Positions 27,802 through 38,400 of a stretch of 64,000 nt of DNA are shown piece by piece (positions within the stretch are counted from its first letter, which is position 1; every line of letters begins with the position of its first letter). The notes under the pieces were generated by a model that was not told the origin of the DNA, did not search any database, and saw only the letters and a list, made by a program, of their open reading frames with translations. The stretch is from a virus: positions 1 to 64,000 of IMG/VR virus record IMGVR_UViG_3300042389_001739; one strand, given 5' to 3'. The translations under genes were made by a program, and so were the position numbers.

Positions 27802-28700
27802 AGTTTCTTTAGCTCCATTGTGCACCGTAGACATTTTCCGGGATATTCCAGCTCAGCAGGATCTACGTATTCCGGCTGCTTGCATCGGGTACAGGACTGC
27901 TTTCGATAAGTTAATGCATGGGTGGCCAAAACACAGTCTTTTGCGCCAAACGGACAAACATAGCATTCCAGATCAAAGCCTTTAAGACAAGGATTTTGTG
28001 TTCGGTCCCGCAGGGTAATCAGTTCTTTGTTGTAAGCGGTCGTTGCTGCAGTGTGTCCCACCTCGATCGCAAACGGAACATTTTTGGAACGAGCCGGGTC
28101 CAGCAGCAACCAGCAACGCAAATTGTAAAATTGTCGGGAATCGAGGTAAAGTCCTTTACCAAGCTGCGTGCCCCGCCGATTCACGCGAGACCGGCCAAAC
28201 CCGAACCCAAAATTCTTTTCGGTGCGGTACTTGGCCAGGTAATTGGTCTTTTTTACAGACCAGCTTTGTACCAGCGTTTGCGGCACAACCGAACCGGCCA
28301 GCGCCTGGAACGTAAAAACATTTTGCAATTCTTTATCTTTGCGCTGTGTTTCCACGCCGCAAATCTGCACCGGAATCCATTCGTAAGCCTTCTGACGTTC
28401 CCAGGGTAATACCGGACGTACCGAACGCAACTCTTCCACATTGGCCACCAGCCGCCAGCAAATTTCAAAAAGTTGCCGAGACGAAAGCCGCTGCTTGAGC
28501 AGAAGCTGCACACTGTCATGAATCACACATCGCAGGATGCCGTCCGGCAACTCCTGATGCAAGCGGTCGACGAAGTCGTGATAGGTTTGCGCCACCAGTT
28601 CCTTACCGACAAAATCATTCAGGTTTTCAACCAGACTATCTCGCTGTTTAAACAACCGCGTGAGCGAAATGGAAGGTATAGGCGGATGTTCGTCCATCAC
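27798..28700 (-). CDS. Hypothetical protein with Cys-rich C-terminus
   Basis: CYVC, CTRC and CLRC motifs. Confidence 0.75.
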   Translation of the reverse strand: MMDEHPPIPSISLTRLFKQRDSLVENLNDFVGKELVAQTYHDFVDRLHQELPDGILRCVIHDSVQLLLKQRLSSRQLFEICWRLVANVEELRSVRPVLPWERQKAYEWIPVQICGVETQRKDKELQNVFTFQALAGSVVPQTLVQSWSVKKTNYLAKYRTEKNFGFGFGRSRVNRRGTQLGKGLYLDSRQFYNLRCWLLLDPARSKNVPFAIEVGHTAATTAYNKELITLRDRTQNPCLKGFDLECYVCPFGAKDCVLATHALTYRKQSCTRCKQPEYVDPAELEYPGKCLRCTMELKKL

Positions 28701-29158
28701 TCCTCCAGGATTTTGTCGGCGTTCAGACCTGTCAGGATGTATTCGTTTTGGACCCAGCGGACAAACCGGGTGTAATCAGGATTAGCAAACTCATGCACCG
28801 CGTTGCCGGTTTCAGACAGGCCGCAGTCAAAATAAGTCCAACCCGGAAACACCAGACCGCCGCTGACGTTACAGGCCTTCAACATTGCCTCGGCTTCAGC
28901 GGGTGAACCGCCTGCGTTGAGGTAGGCGGCAAAAGCGCGCAACAAACCGAGCAAGCGTTTCTGCGCCGCCACCTGTGCGGCCGTAGGTTCCTTGAGCTGC
29001 TGCAGTGTATCGTACTGAATCACCTGCGCATGCTCCGGTGCACGCAGGCCAAAGACGATACTGCTGTAAACATTATGCACGTCATGCTTGCGCTCGGCGT
29101 AATACCCAGCACGCGGCGTCATCTTATCCCAGTTAAACATCTGATACAGCTCCGCCAT
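28697..29158 (-). CDS. Hypothetical protein
   Basis: Coupled ORF. Confidence 0.7.
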   Translation of the reverse strand: MAELYQMFNWDKMTPRAGYYAERKHDVHNVYSSIVFGLRAPEHAQVIQYDTLQQLKEPTAAQVAAQKRLLGLLRAFAAYLNAGGSPAEAEAMLKACNVSGGLVFPGWTYFDCGLSETGNAVHEFANPDYTRFVRWVQNEYILTGLNADKILEE

Positions 29159-29996
29159 TACAAATTACCAGGGTGTCTCGTACACGCTTACTTATGAACT
29201 TGGTTATTTCCAGCTGAAAATTTCCATATTGACGCGTGATGTCACCGTCTTCCCAGATGTAGACTTCATTTTGTCTACCCAACCCGCGACGACCCTTGCG
29301 ACCGCCGACATTAATATGCACAACGGGAAAACGATAATCATACAGCTCTTTCTGGATATGCGCTTCACAATGACAACGCGCTCCTTCCGGAAAACTGTGT
29401 AAAGTACGGTTCTGCTGCCGGATTAATTCGCCCAGGATCGAGTCGCCCCCGTTGTGATGCAACCCTTTAAAAGGGTAATCCCACCGGCGTAAAAACGCAG
29501 CATCAGCTACCCACCAACCCCCGGTGATAAAACGATAGTGATGGGATTTACTTACAGGGTATTGATACCAGGGCTGCTGCCTAATTGCCGCATATTGTTC
29601 TCCGCGTTGCCGGATTGCATGCGGTATCCCAAGTTGCACGAAATCAGGACCGGCGGCACAAACTTTATCGGCAACCAATTGCCACCAAGACGCACCTGAA
29701 TCCAAAAAACTGTCGTCGTCAAACCACATGAGATGCGTGGCCGTTTTAGGCTGCAGCATCTGTCGCATCATGGGATACTTACCTGGATTTTGCTCGGTTT
29801 TAAACACTGTAACAGGCCAGTGTTCTGCTTGTCTGGCTGCCCAGCGCTGCACCAGTGTTTCGGTCGCAGTTGACACTGCGTTTAAACCGATTCGAAATTC
29901 TTCAATTACAGAACAATTCTGTTGTGGTAACGAAGACAGCAGCCGTTCAGCCAGTGCCGGGTAATCGCCGTAAAGCAAAGCACATACTGTAAACAT
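29133..29996 (-). CDS. GT2-like glycosyltransferase
   Basis: NPGKYPMMR, LMWFDDDS (DxD), FITGGWW, HHNGGD. Confidence 0.75.
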   Translation of the reverse strand: MFTVCALLYGDYPALAERLLSSLPQQNCSVIEEFRIGLNAVSTATETLVQRWAARQAEHWPVTVFKTEQNPGKYPMMRQMLQPKTATHLMWFDDDSFLDSGASWWQLVADKVCAAGPDFVQLGIPHAIRQRGEQYAAIRQQPWYQYPVSKSHHYRFITGGWWVADAAFLRRWDYPFKGLHHNGGDSILGELIRQQNRTLHSFPEGARCHCEAHIQKELYDYRFPVVHINVGGRKGRRGLGRQNEVYIWEDGDITRQYGNFQLEITKFISKRVRDTLVICNGGAVSDV

Positions 29997-30009
29997 AAAC
30001 GCTCCAATG

Positions 30010-30037
30010 AAAAAGCCCGCAAAACCAGTTTGCGGGC
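30010..30037 (-). terminator. Rho-independent terminator
   Basis: Minus strand GCCCGCAAA-CTGGT-TTTGCGGGC-TTTTT downstream of 30060..30941. Confidence 0.75.
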
Positions 30038-30059
30038 GGGTACCATATTAACGGCTAAA

Positions 30060-30941
30060 TCAGGCTTTGGACCGCCGCGGGAGCTGCCGCTTTTTGGCGG
30101 CCACCACGATATCCGGCTGAATTTGAGGTGGACCTTCATCAAACACGTCTTCTTCAAGGTCCGGCTGTACTGCGGGTTTGGCTTCTCCGCCCAACACCCG
30201 CTTAGCGCGGCTAATTGCCGCATCCAGTTTCGGCTGCATGCTGTTTAGATGTTCCTGCATCACCAGCATGCGTGCCCGGGTGTTTTCCAGATTCTCCAGG
30301 AATCTGTCATTAATCTTGGCCGGAGGCAAATCCGCCAGATCGGCTTCAAGCGGATCAGCTACCTGCAGGACATAGTTATCCACATGCTGGAGACTGGTGA
30401 ACAACTTGTACAACTTGGCATCGACCGACGAGGGAATCGTCGGCTTACGCCCACCTTCCCGGTGGATTACGGCATCCTTTTTGCCTTGCAGCTCAAGCGC
30501 CAATTCGTTGGCTGACCAGCTGTTTTGCCTGATCTTTTTAAGATAAGCCAGCTGCTTTTTCGACTCGACCTTCTGTAGCTGGACAAAATGCGTCCAGGTC
30601 AAATAGGTTCCGTTGGCCATCGGCTCGGTGGCCTGATCCTGCACAAACTGCCGATCAAAGGCAGTCGCAACATTGCGCATGTCGTACAGTGTCGTCAGAT
30701 TGATATTAGGCTGGCCCCAGTATGCCGCCAACTTTTTGACCTCGCTTTTACGCTGATGGTCGTTCAAGTCGTCGTTTTCCAGCACCTGATCGACCAACAA
30801 CCCCAGATCATAAAACACCGTCAAGGATATCTTGGCCGCTGCTTTGAGTTTTTCAACTCCAGCCAACGCCACCTGCCGAGTCACATCGGCCATGTCATCA
30901 AAAATTTCCTGTTGATGCGCTGTGCGCGCTAATTCACCCAT
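30060..30941 (-). CDS. Putative helical DNA-binding protein
   Basis: YDLG...TLYDMRNVA...LTWTHFVQL...WSANEL pattern reminiscent of DUF1016-N/ParB-like HTH proteins. Confidence 0.55.
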   Translation of the reverse strand: MGELARTAHQQEIFDDMADVTRQVALAGVEKLKAAAKISLTVFYDLGLLVDQVLENDDLNDHQRKSEVKKLAAYWGQPNINLTTLYDMRNVATAFDRQFVQDQATEPMANGTYLTWTHFVQLQKVESKKQLAYLKKIRQNSWSANELALELQGKKDAVIHREGGRKPTIPSSVDAKLYKLFTSLQHVDNYVLQVADPLEADLADLPPAKINDRFLENLENTRARMLVMQEHLNSMQPKLDAAISRAKRVLGGEAKPAVQPDLEEDVFDEGPPQIQPDIVVAAKKRQLPRRSKA

Positions 30942-30971
30942 TGTTGAATTCCTTTAAATCCAGAATTTAAA

Positions 30972-31532
30972 TCACAACCGCCAGGCCAGCCCTGTCTGGA
31001 TGTGGTCGATGAGCGCGGTGTACGGCTGCACAACCAGCTGCATCGCATGCTTTTTACCACCCTTATGTACATGGCAACTGGACTGCGGCGGCACAAACAT
31101 TTCCCAGTTACCGTTATGGATCACCATCCCCTGTGCGAACCCTCGCCGCGGAAAAATCATTGCCAGCGGACGATCCGGGTACCGCTTGTACAGCTCTTCA
31201 AACCGAGATTCATAGCGCTGCACTAGCGGCAAGCTGCGAAAGGTTTTAAACCAGAGCGGATGAATTGACCGCTGATCCTTATGAATCGGCGGTTCATCCG
31301 TCATGGCATCAGCAAACAGGTAAACCGGAAAAGTATTCACCACAGTATTGAAAGCTTCACAGGTGAAGTGGTCCGTAGTCGACAATTTCCTGATTTCCTG
31401 CTTGCAAGCCATGGACAGTTTCAGACGATTGGCTGTCCACTCAATACGAGCCGATTCCCACTGGCTGACCCGCCGTTCGGCCTGCTCGTAACGTGTAATT
31501 TTACTCAGTAATGGATGAAATGGATGATCCAT
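30972..31532 (-). CDS. Hypothetical protein
   Basis: 186-aa ORF next to recA. Confidence 0.7.
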   Translation of the reverse strand: MDHPFHPLLSKITRYEQAERRVSQWESARIEWTANRLKLSMACKQEIRKLSTTDHFTCEAFNTVVNTFPVYLFADAMTDEPPIHKDQRSIHPLWFKTFRSLPLVQRYESRFEELYKRYPDRPLAMIFPRRGFAQGMVIHNGNWEMFVPPQSSCHVHKGGKKHAMQLVVQPYTALIDHIQTGLAWRL

Positions 31533-31533
31533 G

Positions 31534-33066
31534 TCACTTCGACTTTTTACGAGTTTTATGCTCCAGCTGCATTGCCTCGTACGGTAAAGGCAATACCTTG
31601 CGCCGCTTGATATTCAGCGCATCGCGAATCCGATCACAGACCTCGGGATTATCCTGAATCATCTGGCCGACCTCAGAAAACGGCAGATATTCTTTACCCA
31701 TCCCCAGCGCCGGGAAATTTGCCAGGCACTCCAAATCCGCTTTTGGACTTTGACAATTGATGTGCAGATCGCGCGCTTTGAGTCGTTGCTGTCCTGTACC
31801 CTCCAGCTCGTGGAGCAAAGTTACCAGCGCCCAGTTCCAGTCCCACAAAAACACATCGCGAGGATCGCCTGTCTCGGGGTCGTCTTCGACCCACCAGATA
31901 AACCGGGTCTTAATTCGTCGCCCGGTAGGTCCGAACGAATTCTTGGAACACCGCAGTTCGATACCGATACCCTCAAATTGGGCATTCTTAATTTTTGAAC
32001 GCCAGACTCCGGTCTGGACCTCAAAACTTTCGTGGAAATTAAACGCCTGACCCCCCAGCGTATACCGATGCGCGTTACCCTGTTGATCAGTCTTTTCCTT
32101 GAGGTGATTAATCAGCAGCAATGTAAAAGGCCAGTCATCCAGCTCGCTTTTGATCGCAGGCAGATAGTTGGAATTCATCAGTGCGGTGATCGGGTGCACG
32201 CGTCCGGCGGTACCGTCCTTTTGTACCTTCTCCAGCACTTCCTGCGACTGGGTGCCACCGATCGAGTCGACACAGCAACAAACCGGAATTTTTTTCCCGG
32301 GGCCTACCTCGTTATCGGAAACACGCACCATATCGCGCTGAAGTTCGCGAACATAGTGCGTCAGCATCTGCTGCCAAACCTCCGTACTGTCGGCTTTATT
32401 CGATATGATTGGCATATGATTGCGCGCAACCCGCATGATGTCACACGCAAAATCCGCATCAAATTTGAACTCCGTATCAATATGTACGGAGATGCCCTGC
32501 CTTTCATAAAACCAGCGAAATATTTCGTACGACAGCGCGGACTTGCAGGTGCCCCAGGTACCCGCCAGCATCATCACACTGGATAAAGGGAAAACGTCGT
32601 TCGCCAATAAGTACTCAAATGCCAGCGAAGGCATGGGAATCCCGATGGCCAGCTGCTGGAGTTCTTCCCGCGAAGCAAACACATGGTTTTGCCCGAATTT
32701 ATCCCGTGCCCGGTTCAGCAGACTGGTCATCATTTCGGACCGCGTTGCTGCGGCGTTGACATCAGACCAACGCGTCACAAGTGCTTCCTGCTGCTTCTGA
32801 TTCAGTCGCCGCTTATCTGGCAAAATAATATGATTTTTGCGCGGAGTTGCGGCAACGGCGATCTGCTGCGGGAATTCTTCGCCTTCAGCTTCAAGTTGCA
32901 CTGTCGGCGGCGGAGGCTGAGCCGCGGATCGGCGTGGTAACTTCTTTGCCGGTTGAGCTTTTTTCTTGGTTTCCGCTTTTTTCACCCGCGGTGGGGCATC
33001 GCCTAACATATCTTCGTATTCGCTCATGAGATCCTCGATTGTGGTTGGGGAACCGACGTGAGGCAA
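31534..33066 (-). CDS. recA: RecA/UvsX-like recombinase
   Basis: Walker A variant AGTWGTCKS, HIDTE, CVDSIG, INHLK, GGQAFNFHES, KNSFGP. Confidence 0.85.
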   Translation of the reverse strand: MPHVGSPTTIEDLMSEYEDMLGDAPPRVKKAETKKKAQPAKKLPRRSAAQPPPPTVQLEAEGEEFPQQIAVAATPRKNHIILPDKRRLNQKQQEALVTRWSDVNAAATRSEMMTSLLNRARDKFGQNHVFASREELQQLAIGIPMPSLAFEYLLANDVFPLSSVMMLAGTWGTCKSALSYEIFRWFYERQGISVHIDTEFKFDADFACDIMRVARNHMPIISNKADSTEVWQQMLTHYVRELQRDMVRVSDNEVGPGKKIPVCCCVDSIGGTQSQEVLEKVQKDGTAGRVHPITALMNSNYLPAIKSELDDWPFTLLLINHLKEKTDQQGNAHRYTLGGQAFNFHESFEVQTGVWRSKIKNAQFEGIGIELRCSKNSFGPTGRRIKTRFIWWVEDDPETGDPRDVFLWDWNWALVTLLHELEGTGQQRLKARDLHINCQSPKADLECLANFPALGMGKEYLPFSEVGQMIQDNPEVCDRIRDALNIKRRKVLPLPYEAMQLEHKTRKKSK

Positions 33067-33093
33067 TTATACCTCACGTCGGCGTGAAAACAA

Positions 33094-34761
33094 TCAACTG
33101 GACCGTCTTGGCTTTTTACCGCTGGCCGGAGCTTGCGGCTTTTTGTCGCTGGGCGGTTCGCTTACTCGCTTATGCGAGCGTGCGATTGCCTTGGCTTTAG
33201 CCAGGCTATTCACCTGATTCTGATCGAACTCAGGCTCGTCATCAAAGTTGGCGAACTTGTCTTCTTCGTCAGGTAACGACTCTTCGTCAAACTCGTCGTC
33301 ATCCGGATTGACCTGCTGCTGCGTGGCCGCAGGCGGGAAATCATCCTCGAAGTCAACGTCTTCGAACTCGTCCGCAAGTTCTGCCGCAGTTTTCTTCGGT
33401 GCTGCTAGTGCGGTAGATTGACGACGTGGTGGCACTTCCGCTTCGTCCTCAAACTCATCTTCGGGTTGTGGCTGTGTAACCCGCGGTTTACGCGTCGGCG
33501 CTACACCCATATCCACGACCGTTCGCGCCTGTAAGATCGATTGCACACAGTCGTAATTGAGATATTCCGGATGGGACATCCAGGAAAATCGCAATAGATT
33601 TGGAATTTGCTGGAACCCGCGGGCGATCCATTCGCACCGCTGCTCGATAGATGGTTCGAACAGCAGAAAAGTGTTGGCCGGGTCCTGTGGGGACTCGCGC
33701 CAGAAGAATAGGTGCTTATCCAATATGTTCTGCACCTGCTCTGCGGACAAATCGGGTGTTAGCACACCGTTTGGTCCTTGAAACCGCGTGGAAATTGCCG
33801 CTTCATACTCGACAATTTCCGTACCGCGCGGTGTACCTGTAAACGTGGTATTTGTCGGTATTGTCAAATTTAGCGGGTTGTACAGCGTGAAGAACAAACC
33901 GCCCTTTACTGTCCCGGTGGTTGGGTTAAATCGACCACACGGATCGCCGAATTTGAACGGAGCGCTCGGATTGACCGACTCGTCCCCCGACCAATCCTGC
34001 TTTTCTTCGTTACACAGTTGCAGTATTCGTCTGCCTGCGGACTGACTCATCTCGAAGACATACAGCGGATCACCCGCCTTTTCACCGTAGGGAATACCCT
34101 CGCGCGGAATATCCTTGATTACGGTCTTTGACCCTTTGGTGTATTCGATGTGTTCGCGGGTCAAGTCAAAGTCCGGCCCGTTTTGCAGCATAGACGCTAC
34201 GACGAAGTAGCGGCTGTTAAAAGGCGGCAAAGCCTTGTATGACCCTGAAAAGAGTTTATTCCACTGATTGTCCCACTGTCGACCCTGCGAAAATTGGCCT
34301 GCATCGAAGGCCTTTTTTGCGCTCATGTAGAGCTTGACATAAGGCTCGTCCCAGAACGAAACACCTTCCACTGTGCTGATCTTGTTACGCCCGATGATAT
34401 ACGAGAACTGATTCGCGTCTTCACCTGCCAGCAACGGCTTACTGGCGTCAGTACCAAGACCAGCAAACGCGACAGTTGGTACTGGCTGGCTGATGGACAT
34501 ACCGCCCAGGCCTGCCGAACCTTCCGCATTTAAACGACCATTCAGCAGCTGCTCGTGTGGATTCTCAGGATCGAGCATATTCCAGATGCGCAGAACCGTT
34601 GAGCCTTTCTTGTAGCAGCGAAGTCGGTCAAGGCGCACATCCTTTACCTCAGGATTCAGGTAATGAACCCCCTTAGGACCGTTGTAGGTCCGTTCATCAT
34701 TAGATTCCATTTGACGGTTGATTGATTCACGAGTGCGGGGGATAAAACTTCTCTTAGCCAT
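33094..34761 (-). CDS. Putative single-stranded DNA-binding protein with acidic tail
   Basis: Lies between recA and the polymerase; long D/E-rich C-terminal region (inference from context). Confidence 0.5.
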   Translation of the reverse strand: MAKRSFIPRTRESINRQMESNDERTYNGPKGVHYLNPEVKDVRLDRLRCYKKGSTVLRIWNMLDPENPHEQLLNGRLNAEGSAGLGGMSISQPVPTVAFAGLGTDASKPLLAGEDANQFSYIIGRNKISTVEGVSFWDEPYVKLYMSAKKAFDAGQFSQGRQWDNQWNKLFSGSYKALPPFNSRYFVVASMLQNGPDFDLTREHIEYTKGSKTVIKDIPREGIPYGEKAGDPLYVFEMSQSAGRRILQLCNEEKQDWSGDESVNPSAPFKFGDPCGRFNPTTGTVKGGLFFTLYNPLNLTIPTNTTFTGTPRGTEIVEYEAAISTRFQGPNGVLTPDLSAEQVQNILDKHLFFWRESPQDPANTFLLFEPSIEQRCEWIARGFQQIPNLLRFSWMSHPEYLNYDCVQSILQARTVVDMGVAPTRKPRVTQPQPEDEFEDEAEVPPRRQSTALAAPKKTAAELADEFEDVDFEDDFPPAATQQQVNPDDDEFDEESLPDEEDKFANFDDEPEFDQNQVNSLAKAKAIARSHKRVSEPPSDKKPQAPASGKKPRRSS

Positions 34762-35413
34762 TGTTACTCCTAGTGGGAATATAGTTCACAATCTCATCTA
34801 CAATCCGCTCTGGTTCAACCAGCGCGTTGTCTTTAACGCAGCAAATTCGCACCGATTTTACGGTGGGTTGATATTCTATCAGACGATCCCGGTAAAAAGC
34901 ATTCACCTTTTCCAGAAGCGTCCGATCACGCTCATGCACGTCCAGTTTGCCGTCACGTTTTGCAACATTTTTTATTGCAAAATCCACCGGCATATCCAGG
35001 TAAACTAAAAGATCCGGTACGGGCAAACCAAACGTACCGTGTTCCAGTTTATCCAGGTATTTCAATAACCGATCCTGTTCTGCTCCTTCCGTTTTTGCGG
35101 CCAGATAGGCCAGGTTTGAGGCGACATACCGGTCCACAATCGCGATCGACTGTCCGTCTGCCGCCGCCTGCAGCTGATGCTGATCGGAATCAAATCGATT
35201 GATTGCCCACAGGGTACTACAAAACTCGGGAGTAATCGCCTGATGATACTTGTTATCCAAAATACGGCGAATCAACTGACCGCTGGCTGATTGATATTCC
35301 GGATACTTGACTACATACACCGGTAAACTCATTCGCTGGCGCAAACGCCACAATAAACGGTTAGCCGCGGTGGTTTTACCAGAACCGTCAATTCCCTCCA
35401 GATTAATGATCAC
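34754..35413 (-). CDS. tmk: Thymidylate kinase
   Basis: IINLEGIDGSGKTT, VDRYVASNLAY, PDLLVYLD. Confidence 0.93.
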   Translation of the reverse strand: MIINLEGIDGSGKTTAANRLLWRLRQRMSLPVYVVKYPEYQSASGQLIRRILDNKYHQAITPEFCSTLWAINRFDSDQHQLQAAADGQSIAIVDRYVASNLAYLAAKTEGAEQDRLLKYLDKLEHGTFGLPVPDLLVYLDMPVDFAIKNVAKRDGKLDVHERDRTLLEKVNAFYRDRLIEYQPTVKSVRICCVKDNALVEPERIVDEIVNYIPTRSNNG

Positions 35414-38400
35414 GCTTTGCCTTTCCGCTTACGCCATAGCTCATAGGACTTGTCCTCCAGGTTTCGTTGTGGTCTGACTTTGGTTGCCGCCACGATCGAT
35501 CGTTGCGGCTTTGTTGGGGCATCTTTGCTGTACGTTACCACACAACCCTCCGCCCCGCCGTGTCCGGTCGGCAGGCCGCGTTCTACCGCCTCGGCATAAA
35601 CTAGCTTTTCGCCCCAATAGTTCATCACCTCGGCTTCGATACCAAGATAATACGGACCGTCTCCTGTCGGAATCCCCTCCAAAGTACTGGGGTAAATCGG
35701 CACGGCCTTCCGCATGTAAGTCGGCAAAACATATTCGCAGACGTGTTTAACGTACCTGTCCGGCACTTCCAATAAAATGGCGTCATGAATCTGCAGCACG
35801 ACGTTAAAGAGATTATGCCCCTTTTTAGCCTGGCGTAGCTTGTAATCATAAAGATAAGCCAACGCACGCGACACCGCACTGGCGATCATGGACTGAATCG
35901 GGAAGTTCATGGCTTGGCGCCCAAACTCCGCCCGCAGAGCCTGATCCCGACTGGAATCCGGAAACCGCCGGAAGCGGCCGTAGCAGTTACAAAGCCAGCG
36001 ACTTTTAACTTGTTCCTGCGTGTTTTCGTCCGTGTAGGTACCTGCGGCCCGGTCCTGACACTCCTGAAAGAAAGGTCGCAGTTTAGGATACATTTCGAAA
36101 ATAGCGTTGATCACGGCTTGCGCTTCATCAACAGAAATGTCAATTTTCTGCTCCTTTGCGGCCACGGCAATCGCCTTAGCCCCTCGCCCGTAGGCGATTC
36201 CGAAAATCACGGACTTGGCCACAATCCGGATATGCTTTTTGCCAATGGCTTCCAGCCCACTTTTGGTGGGCGGACACTGCAGTTTAAAAGCAAAAACCGC
36301 CACATTGCTGTGGATGTCGTAGTAATCCGGATGATCTTCCGGCAACTGATTCCGCTGCGCGTGCGCAATCATATTCGGATCACCCGACATTACCGCCATC
36401 CCGAACAGTTCGGCGCCGACATAGTCGGCTTCCACCAGCACATGTCCCGGTGACGCTTTAAGCACGCTTCTCAGACTATATTTGTAATGCTCGCCAAGCA
36501 ACCGCTTGTAGTCCGGATCGCGTTGCTTGGAGATATTCTGCAGATTCGGTCGAGCACTGGACCAACGGCCAGTTTCCTTAGTCTGATAAATGTGGGTTCG
36601 TACTTTACCGTCATCGCAAACCAGTGAAGCCAACCCATCCTCGTATTCCATGTAACCGTCTTCGTTGTACTTTGCCTCCTCGGTCTTGTCGTCACGGCTG
36701 GGCGGACGCAGTACTGTCTTTAATACCTGATCAAGAAACCGATAATCCCGCAGCATGTCGATCAGACGCGCCTGATGCTCGTGTTCGGCGTCTTGTGCCA
36801 GTAGCGACAGCGCCTGTTTATTGGTAGAAGGCGAGTGGTTGTACTCCTGCTGCTGTCGCTTAATCTCCAGCCAGGGTCGCGGTGGTTTGGAGGTGTCAAA
36901 AACCGGGGTCAGTTTAAGCGAAGTTGCCCCTGGTGGTCGAATCTTGACCTCTTTCCCGGTTTCCTTGTTAATCCGGCCGTTGAGTTTTTCTCCGAATAAA
37001 AACTCCCGAACGTGCTGTGTCGAACGCACGTTGAACTCTGGCCAGTTAATTTCCGCTTTAAGTCGATTTTCCAGGTCTGCCCGTGCGTCCATAAACCGGG
37101 CCGTAAGAAAATCCACGCGGGAGCGGTCGACCATGATCCCGGTGCGGTGAATTTCCAACACCGCCGGGGTAGCAATCTGAGATTCCCAAAAGGCCTCCCG
37201 GCAGTTATTACCTTCGTAATCTTCATCCAGCAACAAGTCGAATTTGTAGAACAACCGCAAGGTTACGTCCGCGTCGTACATACCGTACGGCAGAAGAATT
37301 TCGTCAGGGCACATGCCGTACCCTTCGAGATCGCTGCTGCTCAGACCCTGCTGGCGACAGTAATCAATCTTCCACTTATCCAGCTCCCGGTCATAACGCG
37401 GTGCAGTGGTGTAACGCATGGCAAGCGTTTCCAGATTGTACTTGGCCGTCTCCTCGATAGCATGTGCCATCAAACCAGTGTCAGCACCGCCCTCGTATTT
37501 GGTGCGATACCAGGCGGGAACAACTTCACCCGCTTTGAAACCATCCTCCGCATACAACTTATGCAGCTTGGTGCCAGGCACCAGCGTGTAGTCGTAGAGC
37601 GGTGCCATGAAACATTCCTGCAGGTCGATGCCATAATCAACCAGCCACTCCAAGTCCGCGTTAAAGAAGTGCCCAATCACGCGTTTGCGGCGAAATTCAA
37701 CAGCACCGTTTGCATGCTCGTAACGGCCGCCCTTGAAAAAAACGTTAAGGAGTTTAATCGTTTCCTGCAAAATACCGCGTGCATTGGTTTCCTGCGGTGT
37801 GCCGCAAAAACCAAGCGTTACGTCACCCCCGGCGTCATGCAGTTTGATCCCGATCGCATGTTTTGGTCGCCAGGCAAACTGAATTGTGCGCATGTAGGTG
37901 TCGTGGTTGACCGGATGCTGACCGTGCCACTCCGCATCCACCGCAATCACATCGTCAGACTTTTCAGGATCCTGCTCGATGTTTACCAGCAGATCAAACA
38001 ACTGTGCGTGATTATCGACCACTACGTGATTGACCGTTTCGGTTTCGCCTAAATCTGCGCCTCGCAGCAAAGCCGCAAACCGGGCTAAACCACTTTCCAG
38101 CTGACGGAGTGCGGATTGATCACGGATGACCTGTTTGGGATGGACCACGGTAATGACTTTGGCTTCCTGCCAGCTGGTTTCAGCCAGTTCCGCAGTGTAC
38201 GCCGTGTTATACCGAAAAGTACCAACTTGACCCAGCATATCCGTAACGCTGGCTTGCGGACCAAGTATGGCTTTACTGGCATCTGTGCCCAGACAGAGAA
38301 TGTACTTGGGCTGTACGATTTTAATTTCCTGCATCAACAGGTGCATGCCGTCGTTGACCCAGGAAGCTTTTAACGTTGTCTTGAAGTTTGGGGGCTTAAA